Of a stretch of DNA of 64,000 nucleotides, positions 36,884 to 49,349 are shown one piece after another. The stretch covers positions 30,442,001 through 30,506,000 of the forward strand of contig CAIIXF020000001.1 of assembly GCA_903813345.2 (NCBI GenBank), in the 5' to 3' direction. The stretch is from Owenia fusiformis (taxonomy: Eukaryota). Both the position numbers and the translations under genes were made by a program. Position 1 is the stretch's first letter. Every line of letters begins with the position of its first letter. The notes below the pieces were generated by a model that did no database searches, was not told where the DNA came from, and saw only the letters and a list, made by a program, of their open reading frames with translations.

Positions 36884-39297
36884 TTAATTAAACTCTCAGT
36901 TTATATCCCATTTTTGTTGTTTTTGTTGTTTAATCTTCAGGGTGTCCTGAAAATTGTACCAAGACAAACTCTGTGAGTGATGAAGGATAATATTCTTGAA
37001 ATTTTATAATTTGACAGATCAGACAATTGATATCTTACAGTATAGTATTATGAGGATCTGAGAGTTTCAGTAGGTAACTTTAATTTGTGTGAGATTTGCA
37101 TTCAGCTCTGCATCAATTACCCAGATGCAAGTAGGTAGTTACCAGTTTCACCACCAGGTGGCTAATTCGGGAGAAATTACATGACAGCTATATAAAAGTT
37201 CCCTTAAAATTGAATATTAATCAGTTTTAGAAGTTCATTTTTCATATTACTCTTATGTATCTGATGGTTATACAAATAAAAAATATGTCCAGTAAAAGAA
37301 AATATTATCTGTTCAATACAAGAAGGTATTTCACTTTTTGTGATTTTACAACATGGGGTCTATAAGGAATCTCCCCAACCTCGAAGTCAGATTTTCAAAG
37401 AAAATTAAATTTTCAAAGGACAAACCCTTTTTAAAACCACATTTCTAGATCCAATTTTACATGTAGATCATGAAAATGTCATCAATTTGACTGAATTTCT
37501 TCATAAATCAAGATTATTTACTCACATCTAGTCTATTTTGATAGATGTCATTCACAGTACGTCATCAAAAATGTTGATTTTTCGGTAAGTAAACATAACT
37601 TACAAGTTTCGATGAGTTTTTAACTGCTAATTGAAAATGAATTATCTTAATCCGTGAAAAGTTCACCCTGTATTTATGCAATAAAAATGAGAACAAGATC
37701 CAATCCTTTGAAAATAAGTTTAACATTTTGAAAAGGCTTTGAGGTAAGGTCCTAATCCATGGTTTTTCTGTGAGTTGGATGGATAATTTTATTAATCCAG
37801 AAACCTTACTTGGAGAAAAACATATGATTTTGAACAGAAACATTATATTTATAGTAAGAAATTACTCATGGTCAAAGGTATGACTGTCTAAAATCACTCA
37901 TCATACCATACCTGTCCTTTACAAATGAAACAGCCACAAAATTCCAATAGTTAAATTAAAGCATTTAAGATTCCTGAAAATTAATAAATTCATAACATAT
38001 TATCATATGAGCAATGATAAAGTTTAACACAGAAAAAACACATGTTATTTTTCATATAAGGGCTCTGTACGCTATCTGCTATATTAGGTCTATTTAGATA
38101 ACCCAAAATATTATTCAATACCACCAGATTCATTTCCATCATCACTCATGATAAAACATATCGTCTCATTTCTTGTCAATCTTGACATTGAAAAACAAAA
38201 AGATTTGATGAGTAACAGAATTATTTTCTATATATTATCACAATGAGATAGAGAAAACCTTTTATTAACCTCATTATTGGTGCTAATATAGATGTTCTAT
38301 AATACTAATTATTCTCCCTAATGTTTCCTTCCTAGCTCATTAGTTCATTGTCTCAATTTATTATGGGCGGGAAGGTAGTAAAATCCATGTGACCTGTAAC
38401 CTAAGCCCTTGACCCCTCATCTGTGACAGGTTCATCAAAAAATGACCCCAGGGATTATTTTACAAATTTTTAATCTATAGAATAGGAGATTTCCCAAAAT
38501 TGGGAGATGCCATGATCAAATTGATCCTATATGTTAGGGTAGATTAGTAAACTAAACTTATTTTGACTTGGTATAAAAGAAGTAATTAGGATATTATAAT
38601 AAGTACCATTTGTATTTAAAAAAGAAAGGTACATGGTGCTTTATCTATCACAACATTTTCAATATACCTATGAACCCGATATGAGCAGTTTGAGACTATA
38701 CAATGGGCATGCAGAATAAAGTATCAATAGAAAATGGTGCTCTAGCAGTTGAGGAAAATGTATTGCAATTATAATCACTAATTGTAATTTATGACATAAT
38801 CTAAAAGGAACATTAGTGAGTTTGTGAGAAAATGCTTTTAACCTTTTGTCAACTTTTTAAATAGCTTATTACTCTAAACACAATTGACATTTGAAATTTA
38901 GTGGCCAGCTTGAACATGGCTTTGTATAAAAAACCTCCTACCTCATACCCACCTACCCACGTACGTGGGACATGATACAGTCTTTGAAGGGTTAAATTTT
39001 GAAGATCTTCGTTTATTAAATCTTAGTTTATGATGAATTATAGATGCATTTATAGCGACCCTTGATAGCAAGTTGCTACTACATCCCAGCTGGGTTCGAT
39101 TCCCACTCAGAGCATCGAATTTAGCACACTTTCTTTCAATTCAATTCAATTCAATTTATTAAATTAAAAATCAATCATACAATGTTTCATACAATACATG
39201 AAAAGACACCCCATGTGGCGTATATATTTCATGGCTAATTAGATTTTCAACAATCATGTTTTACTTATAAACCAGAAGCAATTTGAATTTAATTGAA

Positions 39298-41150
39298 AAC
39301 AAGGCACAGACGTGAACAATATCGTACCTAAAACACAGCATTGCGGTCTTGTTGACCAATAAAGCAAGATGGCCGCAGAAAAGTTAATCAGCTCTAGAAC
39401 TTATCACTGTGTAACATATGTAAAAATTTGAACGGTTTGGCTGGAAACCTGTAGACAAGTCTTGAAAGTGAAGATTTTAGGACGGAAAATCCAAAATGGC
39501 CACCTTAAAATTTACCCAGAATGCCCAAAAACCAATCAGTTCTTAACGTTGATATGTAGAAACATCCCTGAAAATTTCAGATGAATCCCTCGAATGGTTT
39601 GGCTGAAAATCTGTAGACAAGTCTTGAAAGTGAAGATTTTAGGATGGAAAATCCAAAATGGCCACCTTAAAATTTACTCACAATGGCCAAAAACTAATCA
39701 GTTCTTGACATTGATAAGTAGAAACATCCCTGAAAATTTCAGATGAATCCCTCAAATGGTTTGGCTGGAAACCTGTAGACAATTCTTGAAAGTGAAGATT
39801 TTAGGACGGAAAATCCAAAATGGCCACCTTAAATTTACCCAGAATGCCCAAAAACCAATCAGTTCTTGACTTAGATATGTAGAAACATCCCTGAAAATTT
39901 CAGATGAATCCCTCAAATGGTTTGGCTGAAAATCTGTAGACATGTCTTGAAAGTGAAGATTTTAGGACGGAAAATCCAAAATGGCCACCTTAAATTTTAC
40001 TCACAATGGCCAAAAACTAATCAGTTCTTGACATTGATACGTAGAAACATCCCTGAAAATTTCAGATGAATCCCTCAAATGGTTTGGCTGGAAACCTGTA
40101 GACAAGTCTTGAAAGTAAAGATTTTAGGATGGAAAATCCAAAATGGCCACCTTAAAATTTACCCAGAATGCCCAAAAACTGATCAGTTCTTGATGTTGAT
40201 ATGTAGAAACATCCCTGAAAATTTCAGATGAATCCCTCAAATGGTTTGGCTGAAAACCTGTAGACAAGTCTTGAAAGTGAAGATTTTAGGACGGAAAATC
40301 CAAAATGGCCACCTTAAAATTTACCCAGAATGCCCAAAAACGAATCTGTTCTTGATGTTGATATGTAGAAACATCCCTGAAAATTTCAGATGAATCCCTA
40401 AAATGGTTTGGCTGGAAACCTGTAGACAAGTCTTGAAAGTAAAGATTTTAGGACGGAAAATCCAAAATGGCCACCTTAAAATTTACCCAGAATGCCCAAA
40501 AACTAATCAGTTCTTGATGTTGATATGTAGAAACATCCCTGAAAATTTCAGATGAATCCCTCAAATGGTTTGGCTGAAAACCTGTAGACAAGTCTTGAAA
40601 GTGAACATTTTAGGACGGAAAATCCAAAATGGCCACCTTAAAATTTACCCAGAATGCCCAAAAACGAATCTGTTCTTGATGTTGATATGTACAAACATCC
40701 CTGAAAATTTCAGATGAATCCCTAAAATGGTTTGGCTGGAAACCTGTAGACAAGTCTTGAAAGTAAAGATTTTAGGACGGAAAATCCAAAATGGCCACCT
40801 TAAAATTTACCCAGAATGCCCAAAAACTAATCAGTTCTTCACGTTGATATGTAGAAACATCCCTGAAAATTTCAGATGAATCCCTCAAATGGTTTGGCTG
40901 AAAACCTGTAGACAAGTCTTGAAAGTGAAGATTTTAGGATGGAAAATCCAAAATGGCCACCTTAAAATTTACCCAGAATGCCCAAAAACTAATCAGTTCT
41001 TGATGTTGATAAGTAGAAACATCCCTGAAAATTTCAGATGAATCCCTCAAATGGTTTGGCTGGAAACCTGTAGACAAGCTGAAAAGTGAGACGCCGCCCG
41101 CCGCCCGTCAAGCTGACTACAATATCGTACCTCTTGTTAGGTACGATAAA
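39298..41150 (-). mobile_element. HINE carrying a 162-bp satellite array
   Basis: Subterminal IR TATCGTACCTA at both ends, hairpin ATCGTACCT-cttgtt-AGGTACGAT, GCCGCCC repeats, A-run flanks. Confidence 0.85.
39434..41078. repeat. 162-bp satellite, 10 full units plus a partial unit
   Basis: Unit starts 39434, 39596, 39758, 39919, 40081, 40243, 40405, 40567, 40729, 40891, 41053. Confidence 0.97.
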
Positions 41151-42088
41151 AAGAACAGATGGAAGCATCACTGGTATTATATTAATTAATAAGATCACGT
41201 TTGAACATCTTTCAAACTGTTTTATATGGTTTGCCTTTTTAAAATCTGTTGATAAAGAATTATAAAGTGTCGCTCCACTGACTCTTCTTTCTTTATCTGG
41301 CTTGTTGGACCTATGCTCGCAGGCGTTAGTTATTTTTCCCCTGGGGCACCCTCGGGTCATAACACATTAAAATGCATCCATATGCCTTTATTTATGGATC
41401 TGACATCTGACTAGTCATAAAATAAAGCCGGAATTGTAGAAATGTTAATAATTTGAGCTATTTTGAGATCTAATAATCTTTAAAATTGAACCCTTCAATG
41501 ACTGTATCATGTTCCACATAGGTGGGTATGAGGTAGGAGGTTTTTTATACAAAGCCCTTGAACATTTCTTTAAGAGCAGAGGTCCAGCGTTCCTAAGGTA
41601 TCATATATAAGTATTTGAGTTATATAATCAAAGATTACACTTTTACAAATATAGGTTGTTATTCACATATGACGGACATTTTATAGTCTAGCATATTAAA
41701 TTTTGACAAAATCAGATAACTGATATTTAAGTTTAAAAAATTTATATTTTTTCAAGAAAATGTCATCTATTTTGAATTTAGCCGTCATAATAAAAATTAC
41801 TTTTTTCATGAAAAATGATGTACATTTTGAATTCAGCAGCCAAAATGAAAATTTATTCCTGAGCTGAAGTTCAATGCCAAAAAACCCATGTGGCTATAAA
41901 ATTTAAACCAAAACCCTTAAGTGGGATAATTACATCATCACTGGAATGGAGAACATCATAAAAATAGCAGTTGCCAAGCACGAGGTGTTCTCACAGAGTT
42001 AACATTATATACAGTTTAACATTTCGATCATTCATCCAAATGTGTGCAGATTTGAGCAACTAAAGCTAGACTGAATAACTAAGTAAGC

Positions 42089-42572
42089 GGCTTTGTATAA
42101 AAAACCTCCTACCTCATACCCACCTACCCACCTACGTGGAACATGATACAGTCATTGAAGGGTTCAATTTTAAAGATTATTAAATCTTTAAATAGCTCAA
42201 ATTATTAACATTTTTTAATTCCGGCTTTATTTTATGAGAGACAGATGACAGATCCATAAATAAAGACATATGGATGCAGTTTTAATGTGTAATGACCCGA
42301 GGGCGCCCCAGGGGAATGAATAACTAACGACTAACAATCCAGATAAAGAAATTGAAAGAAAGTGTACTAAATTTGATGCCCTGATTGGGAATCGAATCCA
42401 GCTGGGATGTAGTGGCAACTTGCTATCAAGGGTCCTTACAAATGCATCTATAATTCATCATACCTAAGATTTAATAAACTAAGATCTTTAAAATTGAACC
42501 CTTCAAAGACTGTATCATGTCCCACGTACGTGGGTAGGTGGGTATGAGGTAGGAGGTTTTTTATACAAAGCC
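42089..42572. mobile_element. GG..CC MITE, copy 2 (intact, 484 bp)
   Basis: ~100-bp TIRs, 10-bp TSD CTAAGTAAGC. Confidence 0.92.
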
Positions 42573-43266
42573 CTAAGTAAGCTTGTTTTTGGAAATCTCA
42601 GAAGTACAATGTATACTCTCTCCGCCCATTTAAGAGCTATAAGGCACATGCAACAAGGAATTTCAATGGAGTCATTCTATGCACCTACATGTGGATAATA
42701 CCGAGAACTCCTGAATCTTAGATATATATGTATATGCAAAACTGCAACGAATTCAATATTTCAATAACAAAAACGTTTTTTAAGAATTATTACTTACAGC
42801 GGAAATAGAGAACATACCGGGCCATTCTTTAAACAATTTAAAATTCTAAAATTTACGGACATATATGACCTTAATATTCTACAACTAACTTACAAATGTA
42901 TTTAACAGACCCGATTCTTTTCCAAGTGACATTTTTATAGATTTCATTGAAAAAAACAATAGTGTTCATCAACAGAACACTAGACAGAATGAACAAGATC
43001 ATGTAACAAAATTCAAAACCAATTATTTGAGATGCAGTTTTAAACTACAAGGTGAAATTATCTGGAACAAAATTCTTAATACTATTAAACTTACCAATAA
43101 TATTTATAAACTGAAAAAAAGTCATTTTAAAGATGACACATTTTCAAAATACTGATTTTGATGTTCAGCAAACATAAGGTTATTCCATCCTCTTTATTGT
43201 ACATTATTTTTTTACCAATGTTTTTATTTCATGAGACAAATTATGGTTCACCCAGTGTCATGTTGT

Positions 43267-44978
43267 CACGCCTTACCATCGCGTAAGCAGGCGTCACCGT
43301 ACAGCGTCAAAAAATAGCGGAGTACAGTTTTCTGTACGGTAACGCAAATTAACTGCTTTGAAGCAAAAACTATGACAAGGGTTTAAAAAAATCAATTTGA
43401 TGAAAACTAATACGATTTCATGTGAAATAAAAACAGCATTCTCTTAGAAATGGTTTTAACTTTATGATTATGATAAACGTTTTACGACCACTGTTCGGAT
43501 TTTTTCTGAGTGAATCGGCCCACATAATCGACCAGAGTGAAAAAAGGTTGTTTTTTTCACATTTTGTTTGGTTATTATTTTCCCTACCGTCTGAGAGTAT
43601 GGATTATTTTTATGAGAATATGTATTTGTTACTTACACATTTTAGAACGGGCGTAGATTCAGCAAACAACCATTCATTATGTATATTTAAAAAAGATCAA
43701 ATTTGAACGGTGACGCACCAGCTGTACGGTGACGCTATGCTTTGGTGAACTAAATGAGACTAAGATTGTATGAAATGGAAACTCTGGAGTATGATCATTT
43801 GTTCATATATAGTGCATGGGCGCTACAGTTCAACGATATCTTCCACAGTTTAATGGAAGGTAACTGGAAATGTATGATACGGTAAAGATCATGAAACCAA
43901 AAACTCTCTTGTTGCTATGTTATTGATGTTTTAAAACAAAGGATGTCACAAGTAAATCTCATCTTGCACGTGTGACTTTTTAGGATGAAAGATGCAATAT
44001 CTTGCATGGGCACGGGGTAAAGCAGACCCGATGATGCAATGAGCTTGCTCGGCGGTATCATGACTGTGTAACGGGTCTTAATGTATAAGTGTGCTCGGCG
44101 GTAGGTTCAAACAACGCGGATCCTCAAAGCATGTGCTCATGGTATATTCGTGTTTTAACACCCGTGATGGGGTAAAGATGGCTGTGTAGGCTATCTTTGT
44201 TAGTCATATGAGAAAAGCCGGGTCTAGTTCATATGATACCAAAGCATTACGTCAACTTTCAAATAGTTAATTCCATGAAAACTAAAAATATCGAAATTAA
44301 TACTTCCTGTCTGCCATCTTAAATGCAAAGGTGACGGCTGTAACCTTCGCTTGATACTTACCAGTGATAATGAACATGTAGATCTGACGCTTCTTTACCT
44401 CTTGTTTGAACAGTAAGCTTAGAGCACTTCATAAAATCTAAGGAAGCGTCACCGTACAGCTGATGCGTCACCGTACAGTTCTGATCTTTTTTAAATAAAT
44501 ACACTGAATGATTATTTGCCGAATATTCATCTGTTCTAAAATGTGTAGATAACAAATACATATTCTCATAAAAATAATCCATACTCTCAGATGACAGGGA
44601 AAATAATAACCAAACGAAAAGTGAAAAAAACGCCATTTTTCTCTCTAGTCGATTATGTGGGCCGATCCAATCAGAAAAAATCCGAGCAGTGCTCGAAAAA
44701 CTTTTATCATAATTAGAAAGTTAAAACCATTCCTAAGAGAATGCTGTTTTCATTACACCCGAAATCGTATTTATTTTCATCTAATTGTGGCGTTTTCTCT
44801 CTGTGGTAGCGAGCTGTCANNNNNNNNNNNNNNNNNNNNNNNACATAATTAATCTTTTTAAAACCCTCATTATAGTTTTTGCTTCAACTCAGTTAATTTT
44901 CGTCACCGTACAGAAAACTGTACTACTGTATTTTTTGACGCTGTACGGTGACGCCTGCTTACGCGATGGTTAGGCGTG
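43267..44978. mobile_element. CAC..GTG non-autonomous element, ~470-bp TIRs, 5-bp TSD
   Basis: GTTGT|CACGCCTTACCATCGCGTAAGC ... GCTTACGCGATGGTTAGGCGTG|GTTGT; repeated CGTCACCGTACAG motif. Confidence 0.88.
44786..44845. other. Assembly gap (23 N, 44820-44842) inside a TGT..ACA insertion
   Basis: TAAT|TGTGGCG...NNN...ACA|TAAT; sequence absent from the opposite TIR arm. Confidence 0.7.
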
Positions 44979-45528
44979 GTTGTGTTAAACTTTCAAGCAC
45001 TTGAAAATTTTAGATTAATGATTTTAAATGTGGTCAATTATATACCTATGTAGGTGTCACGATCACGAATATGTAAAAATGTTATTTTGTTTTAATGAAA
45101 TAAACAAAAAATAAAATAAAATAAGATATGTCTGAGGCTACGATTAAACATTTCAAAGCAATTATTTGTGATTGTCTGGCAGAACAATTAGTCTTATCTA
45201 ATACAATGAAAATTGACAAGGGTTACATGATATTGACGTCAATTAATCAAGTTTCATTAATTGAAATGCCAATCATAAAAAAACATAATTAGTAAAACAT
45301 GAGCTACACATAATAACTGATATTGTGATATCACCTTATGGAAGCTGAGGAAATACAGGGTAATGTAAATTGCTTAATTTGGCTCTATTTAATTTGGCAT
45401 ATTGGCCATCATCAATCGTATTACTCACTTAACTGCTCACCACCATTAGCGCAGTTTTACATGTATCTCTCCTGGTATCAGATTGTTTTGTCTGAACCAG
45501 AAGGGACTCTGAAAAATCTTTTGAAATA

Positions 45529-46842
45529 CAGGGTGTCCAAAAAACAGGACCGAAAAAAAGTTAAATAACTCGGTCAATTACTTGGAATTTCAGAATTATT
45601 TAGTTCATTCAATGTGAATTTTGTTGTGAAAGTTTGATGATAATCTACTAAGTGAGTCAAAAACTACAGTTCTTCGAATCAATAGGGACTGATGATTCCA
45701 TGTTTGTGTGTTGCCACTCAGGCAGTGCATTTTTCAGAATGCAATGGATGCTGTATCCCTTCTTTAGGAGGATGTAAGCCCCAGTAGCAGCTGTTCTTGA
45801 AATCAGCTTGTTTATTCTAAAAGAAATGTGTGTAGGAGGGCCATCAACAACTTTGTTCGTTAGATTCAATTGTGCATAGAGAGGTGCCTACTTGGACCAT
45901 GTCTCGTAAAGTGCTGTAATTTTTGAAGCAATAGGTGTTTCACAACAAAATTCACATTGAATGAATTACATAACTCTCAAAGGACCTTATACACCCTCCA
46001 TTGGGATCTCCCCATGGGAAAAAAATAATTCATCTGATTTTTCAAAATGAGTATTCTGCTTCAATTATTACATTTATATGCACACTAGTATCTTGTTGAC
46101 ATATATTCAGCACTGTATTGATGTATAGGCCACTTATTAGGGTCATAATTCAATCATGAAGTGTAGAGGCATAGATTCCAAACCAGGAAGTATTTTTGTG
46201 TCTGTCAAAATCCATTTACATCCTACGCATCCCTGCATCTTATCCAAATATGTTACTACATAATGAAATATAATAGTATAATCTTTGGTTTTACAAACTT
46301 GTATGATATTTGATAAGTGTAAAAGTTGTTTTTGGAGCATTTTTCTATAGCCATTTTGTAGGGAAAAAATGATGAAAAAATGTACAATCTTTTAATTTTA
46401 AGTATGACCTGAATCGATTGCAAACTTCATATTTGCACATTTGATGAGATAAACCATTTGTGTCGTATTGTGAAATTATTAAGTTTGCAATCGATTCAGG
46501 TCATAGTGTATTTTTGGTATTTCTGTGATAATCAATGGAAACCAATGGCCTCTATTGGGATCTGCTGATATCCTCATGTTAAGTCAATGGTGCACAGCCC
46601 CATGTAAGTTAATACAACCTTACTGAACGAAATGATCCCTATCTCAGCTTATGTGTGTCCGAGCACTTTAATATTTTCCAAAGTATTATATGACATTTTA
46701 TTCTTCATGTTACACCTACGAATGATTCATTTTGACCATAGGGATATTTGCCAATAATTGCACCATGTCCTTTCAAGGCAGAGTTTGCAAAATTGACCGA
46801 GTTATTCAACTTTTCTTCGGTCCTGTTTTTTTGGACACCATG
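45529..46842 (+). mobile_element. Tc1/mariner derivative with nested insertion in the right TIR
   Basis: TA|CAGGGTGTCCAAAAAACAGGACCGAA TIRs; relic RRAINNFVR*IQLCIER.GAYLDHV; Kolobok-like insert at ~45981-46770. Confidence 0.8.
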
Positions 46843-47103
46843 TAATTTAAAATTGTAATTTCATCCGTGCAAGGTAACAAATGGAAAAGGCACTGGATGA
46901 AAATTCCCTGGATTTTTTCCAAAAATTGGTAGAGACCATTTTTGTGTTTTTTATCAATCCGCCAAACTAAAAGGGCTATCAAATCAAGCAATTTACAGTA
47001 ACCCAAAAACAGAACCACTCATAATTTATTATTTATTGCTATTAACTTTATTTACCATTCTCACTTATTTGACTTAGCTTCTTAAATGATAGCTTCTTCT
47101 AAT

Positions 47104-47279
47104 GCCTCAGTCACTAGATTTAATCTACGACAACCATATGGCGACCATAGCTTCAGAAAATCAAAAGAAATATGCAGCATAAAATATAGGGATAAGCAAC
47201 TACAATGTAGTTTTGCTATATCAATTTTTTGAAACTACGACCACCATACAGCCATTGTAGAGCAAATGTGACTGAGGCT
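47104..47279. mobile_element. Small palindromic MITE (Harbinger-like termini)
   Basis: GCCTCAGTCAC ... GTGACTGAGGC with imperfect ~55-bp arms. Confidence 0.6.
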
Positions 47280-47317
47280 GAACTCTCAGTTTACCTCTGA
47301 ACTCAAAAAGAGAATCG

Positions 47318-49349
47318 CAGTACTGTCAACCCCTAAAGATTTTCTCGCAGAACAGATTTTTTAGACCAAGTGCCCAAAATTTGCGGGATTTTGCGGGACA
47401 TCTACTAAATTTGCGGGATTTCGCGGGACATTTAAGGGATTTGCGTGATTGTGCTAAAAGGCAAATTTTTTTATCAAATTCGCGGGATTTCACGGGACCA
47501 TTCGAGGGACAAACACCCTAATTGCGGGACAGTTAACAGGGGTACCACCAAAAACTCCATAGAGGGACAGATTTTTTAGACAAAGTGCCCTAAATTTGCG
47601 TGATTTCGCGGGACATCCACCTAAATTTGCAGGATGTCCCGGGACATTCAAGGGATTTGCGTGATTGGGACTAATGTAAAAGCGTGTAAAAGTACTTAAA
47701 TCAAACTTTCAGATACTGATTAATCAAATATAATGCACCGTTACATTGTAACTTAAATAAACGTCAACACAATTTCACAAAATACGCATAGGAATATTAT
47801 TATACTTCATTGTAATTTATCAAAAACAAAAACCATGCTTCAGGTGTGAGTACCGTATTCTAACACGAAATTCAAAAATTCGGAACAATACTTTGCACTT
47901 CTGGCGTCGTGACCAACTATGAAACGCTTACCCCCATAATGTTATATATTAAAATGTACCTATTCATATACTGTAGGCATGGGCTTTCAATTGAAAGCCC
48001 ATGATATAGGGGTTCGATTAATCTAAATCAAATTATAGGAAATTAGGTTACTTTTCTAGATAGGGTTTGTAGAAAAAACCGGGTACTGGGTAGTAAATCC
48101 TCCATGCTGGGTTCAAACTTGGTACCCGGTCGAAAAAAACGGGTACCCAAAAAACGAAATATACGAATATACAACATAATTAGATCATTAGAAAACGTGT
48201 AAGATTTGTTTTGAATTATAAAAATGTATGTTACTTCCTTCAAATTGAGCTAGAAGCTTCAAATAAAAAGCATTTTAAGGCTCTTTTCTTCCTCTATCAT
48301 CATGGTCATATTTCCATTGGTAATGAGGGGGGGTGCGATCGCACCCCCTCCTGGCTACGCCAATGACATTGTAAGACGATTTGAAAAACAAGACAAATCA
48401 ATCTTACTCTATTTTCAATACTTCGTATGTTGGTACATGAATTGTTTTGATTATGATTTAAACCTGTAAATAGCTATCGTTGCTTTAGCAGAGAGGTGGC
48501 GTGTGTTAATTTAAATGATGCAACGTGTAAGATTTTGATTATTAATCATAATTTAAGTTATCCCAATTTTCGACAAAATGTCCACTGAATTGTAAATTGT
48601 TATGTCTTACAATGTCATAGGCGTAGCCAGGAGAGGGTGCGATGGTGCGATCGCACCCCCCCCCATAACTAATGAAAATATGGCCATGACGATAGAGGAA
48701 GAAAAGAGCCTTAAAATATGCTTTTTATTTGAAGCTTCTAGCTCAATTTTGAAGGATGTTACATACATATTTGTAAATTCAAAACAAATCTTACACGTTT
48801 TCTCATAATCTATTATGTTATATATTCGTATTTTTCGTTTTTTGGGTTCCCGTTTTTTTGACCGGGTACCGGATACCAAGTTTGAACCCAGCATGGAGGA
48901 TTTACTACCCGGTACCCGTGTTTTTCTACAAACCCTTTCTAGATATCAGCGTCCATTTATTGTAACTCGCGTTTGCTAATATTTGCTCAGTTCTGAGATG
49001 AAGGCCACACGGGTAGTAAAAAGGCCTGCGTTGGAACTATTTGTGACCTACATCCCTATTTTCGTAATTAAAATGAAAGTTGAACCTTTCCCCTTTATTT
49101 TGATACCAAACAACAGCATGCTAGGTACTTAAAATTAGGTAAACTTTACTCCTCAAAAGTGCAAAAACTTAGCTTCTTATAAAAGATAAGATAATCACAA
49201 TATAGGGGATTGCAACAATTTCGGAAATTCGCGGAGGTCAAAGCCACATTTGCGGGACTTCGCGGGACATTGCGGGACACGCGAATTAGCCTAATTTTGA
49301 TCAAATTCGCGGGATAATCCCGCCATTTGCGGGACACTTGACAGCTCTG
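47318..49349. mobile_element. Composite hAT-like non-autonomous element, copy 2
   Basis: Same termini as 14742-17381; flanks GAATCG / GAATCA. Confidence 0.88.
48063..48935. mobile_element. GGG..CCC palindromic passenger element, 10-bp TSD
   Basis: TTTCTAGATA|GGGTTTGTAGAAAAA ... TTTTTCTACAAACCC|TTTCTAGATA, ~310-bp arms. Confidence 0.88.

Larger units (their letters stand above)
39136..41285 (-). mobile_element. 5'-truncated L2/CR1-type LINE 3' end, split by a HINE
   Basis: VSGATLYNSLSTDFKKANHIKQF at ~41210-41285; AATAA(ATTGA)n tail at ~39136-39160. Confidence 0.7.
38918..41556. mobile_element. GG..CC MITE (MULE- or AcademH-like), copy 1, expanded by nested LINE and HINE
   Basis: GGCTTTGTATAAAAAACCTCC TIRs, 9-bp TSD CTTGAACAT; uninterrupted inverted copy at 42089-42572. 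Confidence 0.9.
42768..45124 (+). mobile_element. L2/CR1-type LINE 3' portion, UTR interrupted by a TIR element
   Basis: QKRFLRIITYSGNREHTGPFFKQFKILKFTDIY...HQQNTRQ...FKTN...QGEIIWNKI (42768-43150); (AAATA)n tail at ~45098-45124. Confidence 0.85.

Noticed and set aside
36941..36972. Plus-strand 32-nt micro-exon with good splice signals
   Set aside because: No partner exons found, and CAGGGTGTCC is also a Tc1/mariner terminus motif
39434..41078. CRISPR-like or coding interpretation of the regular arrays (also 22763-23850, 26450-27160)
   Set aside because: Units are contiguous homologous monomers with no unique spacers, no cas genes, and the context is eukaryotic
45441..45508. Candidate minus-strand exon (SLLVQTKQSDTRRDTCKTALMV)
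   Set aside because: Phase 1/0 cannot join the phase-2 acceptor at 24762 and there is no SYCP2/3 resemblance
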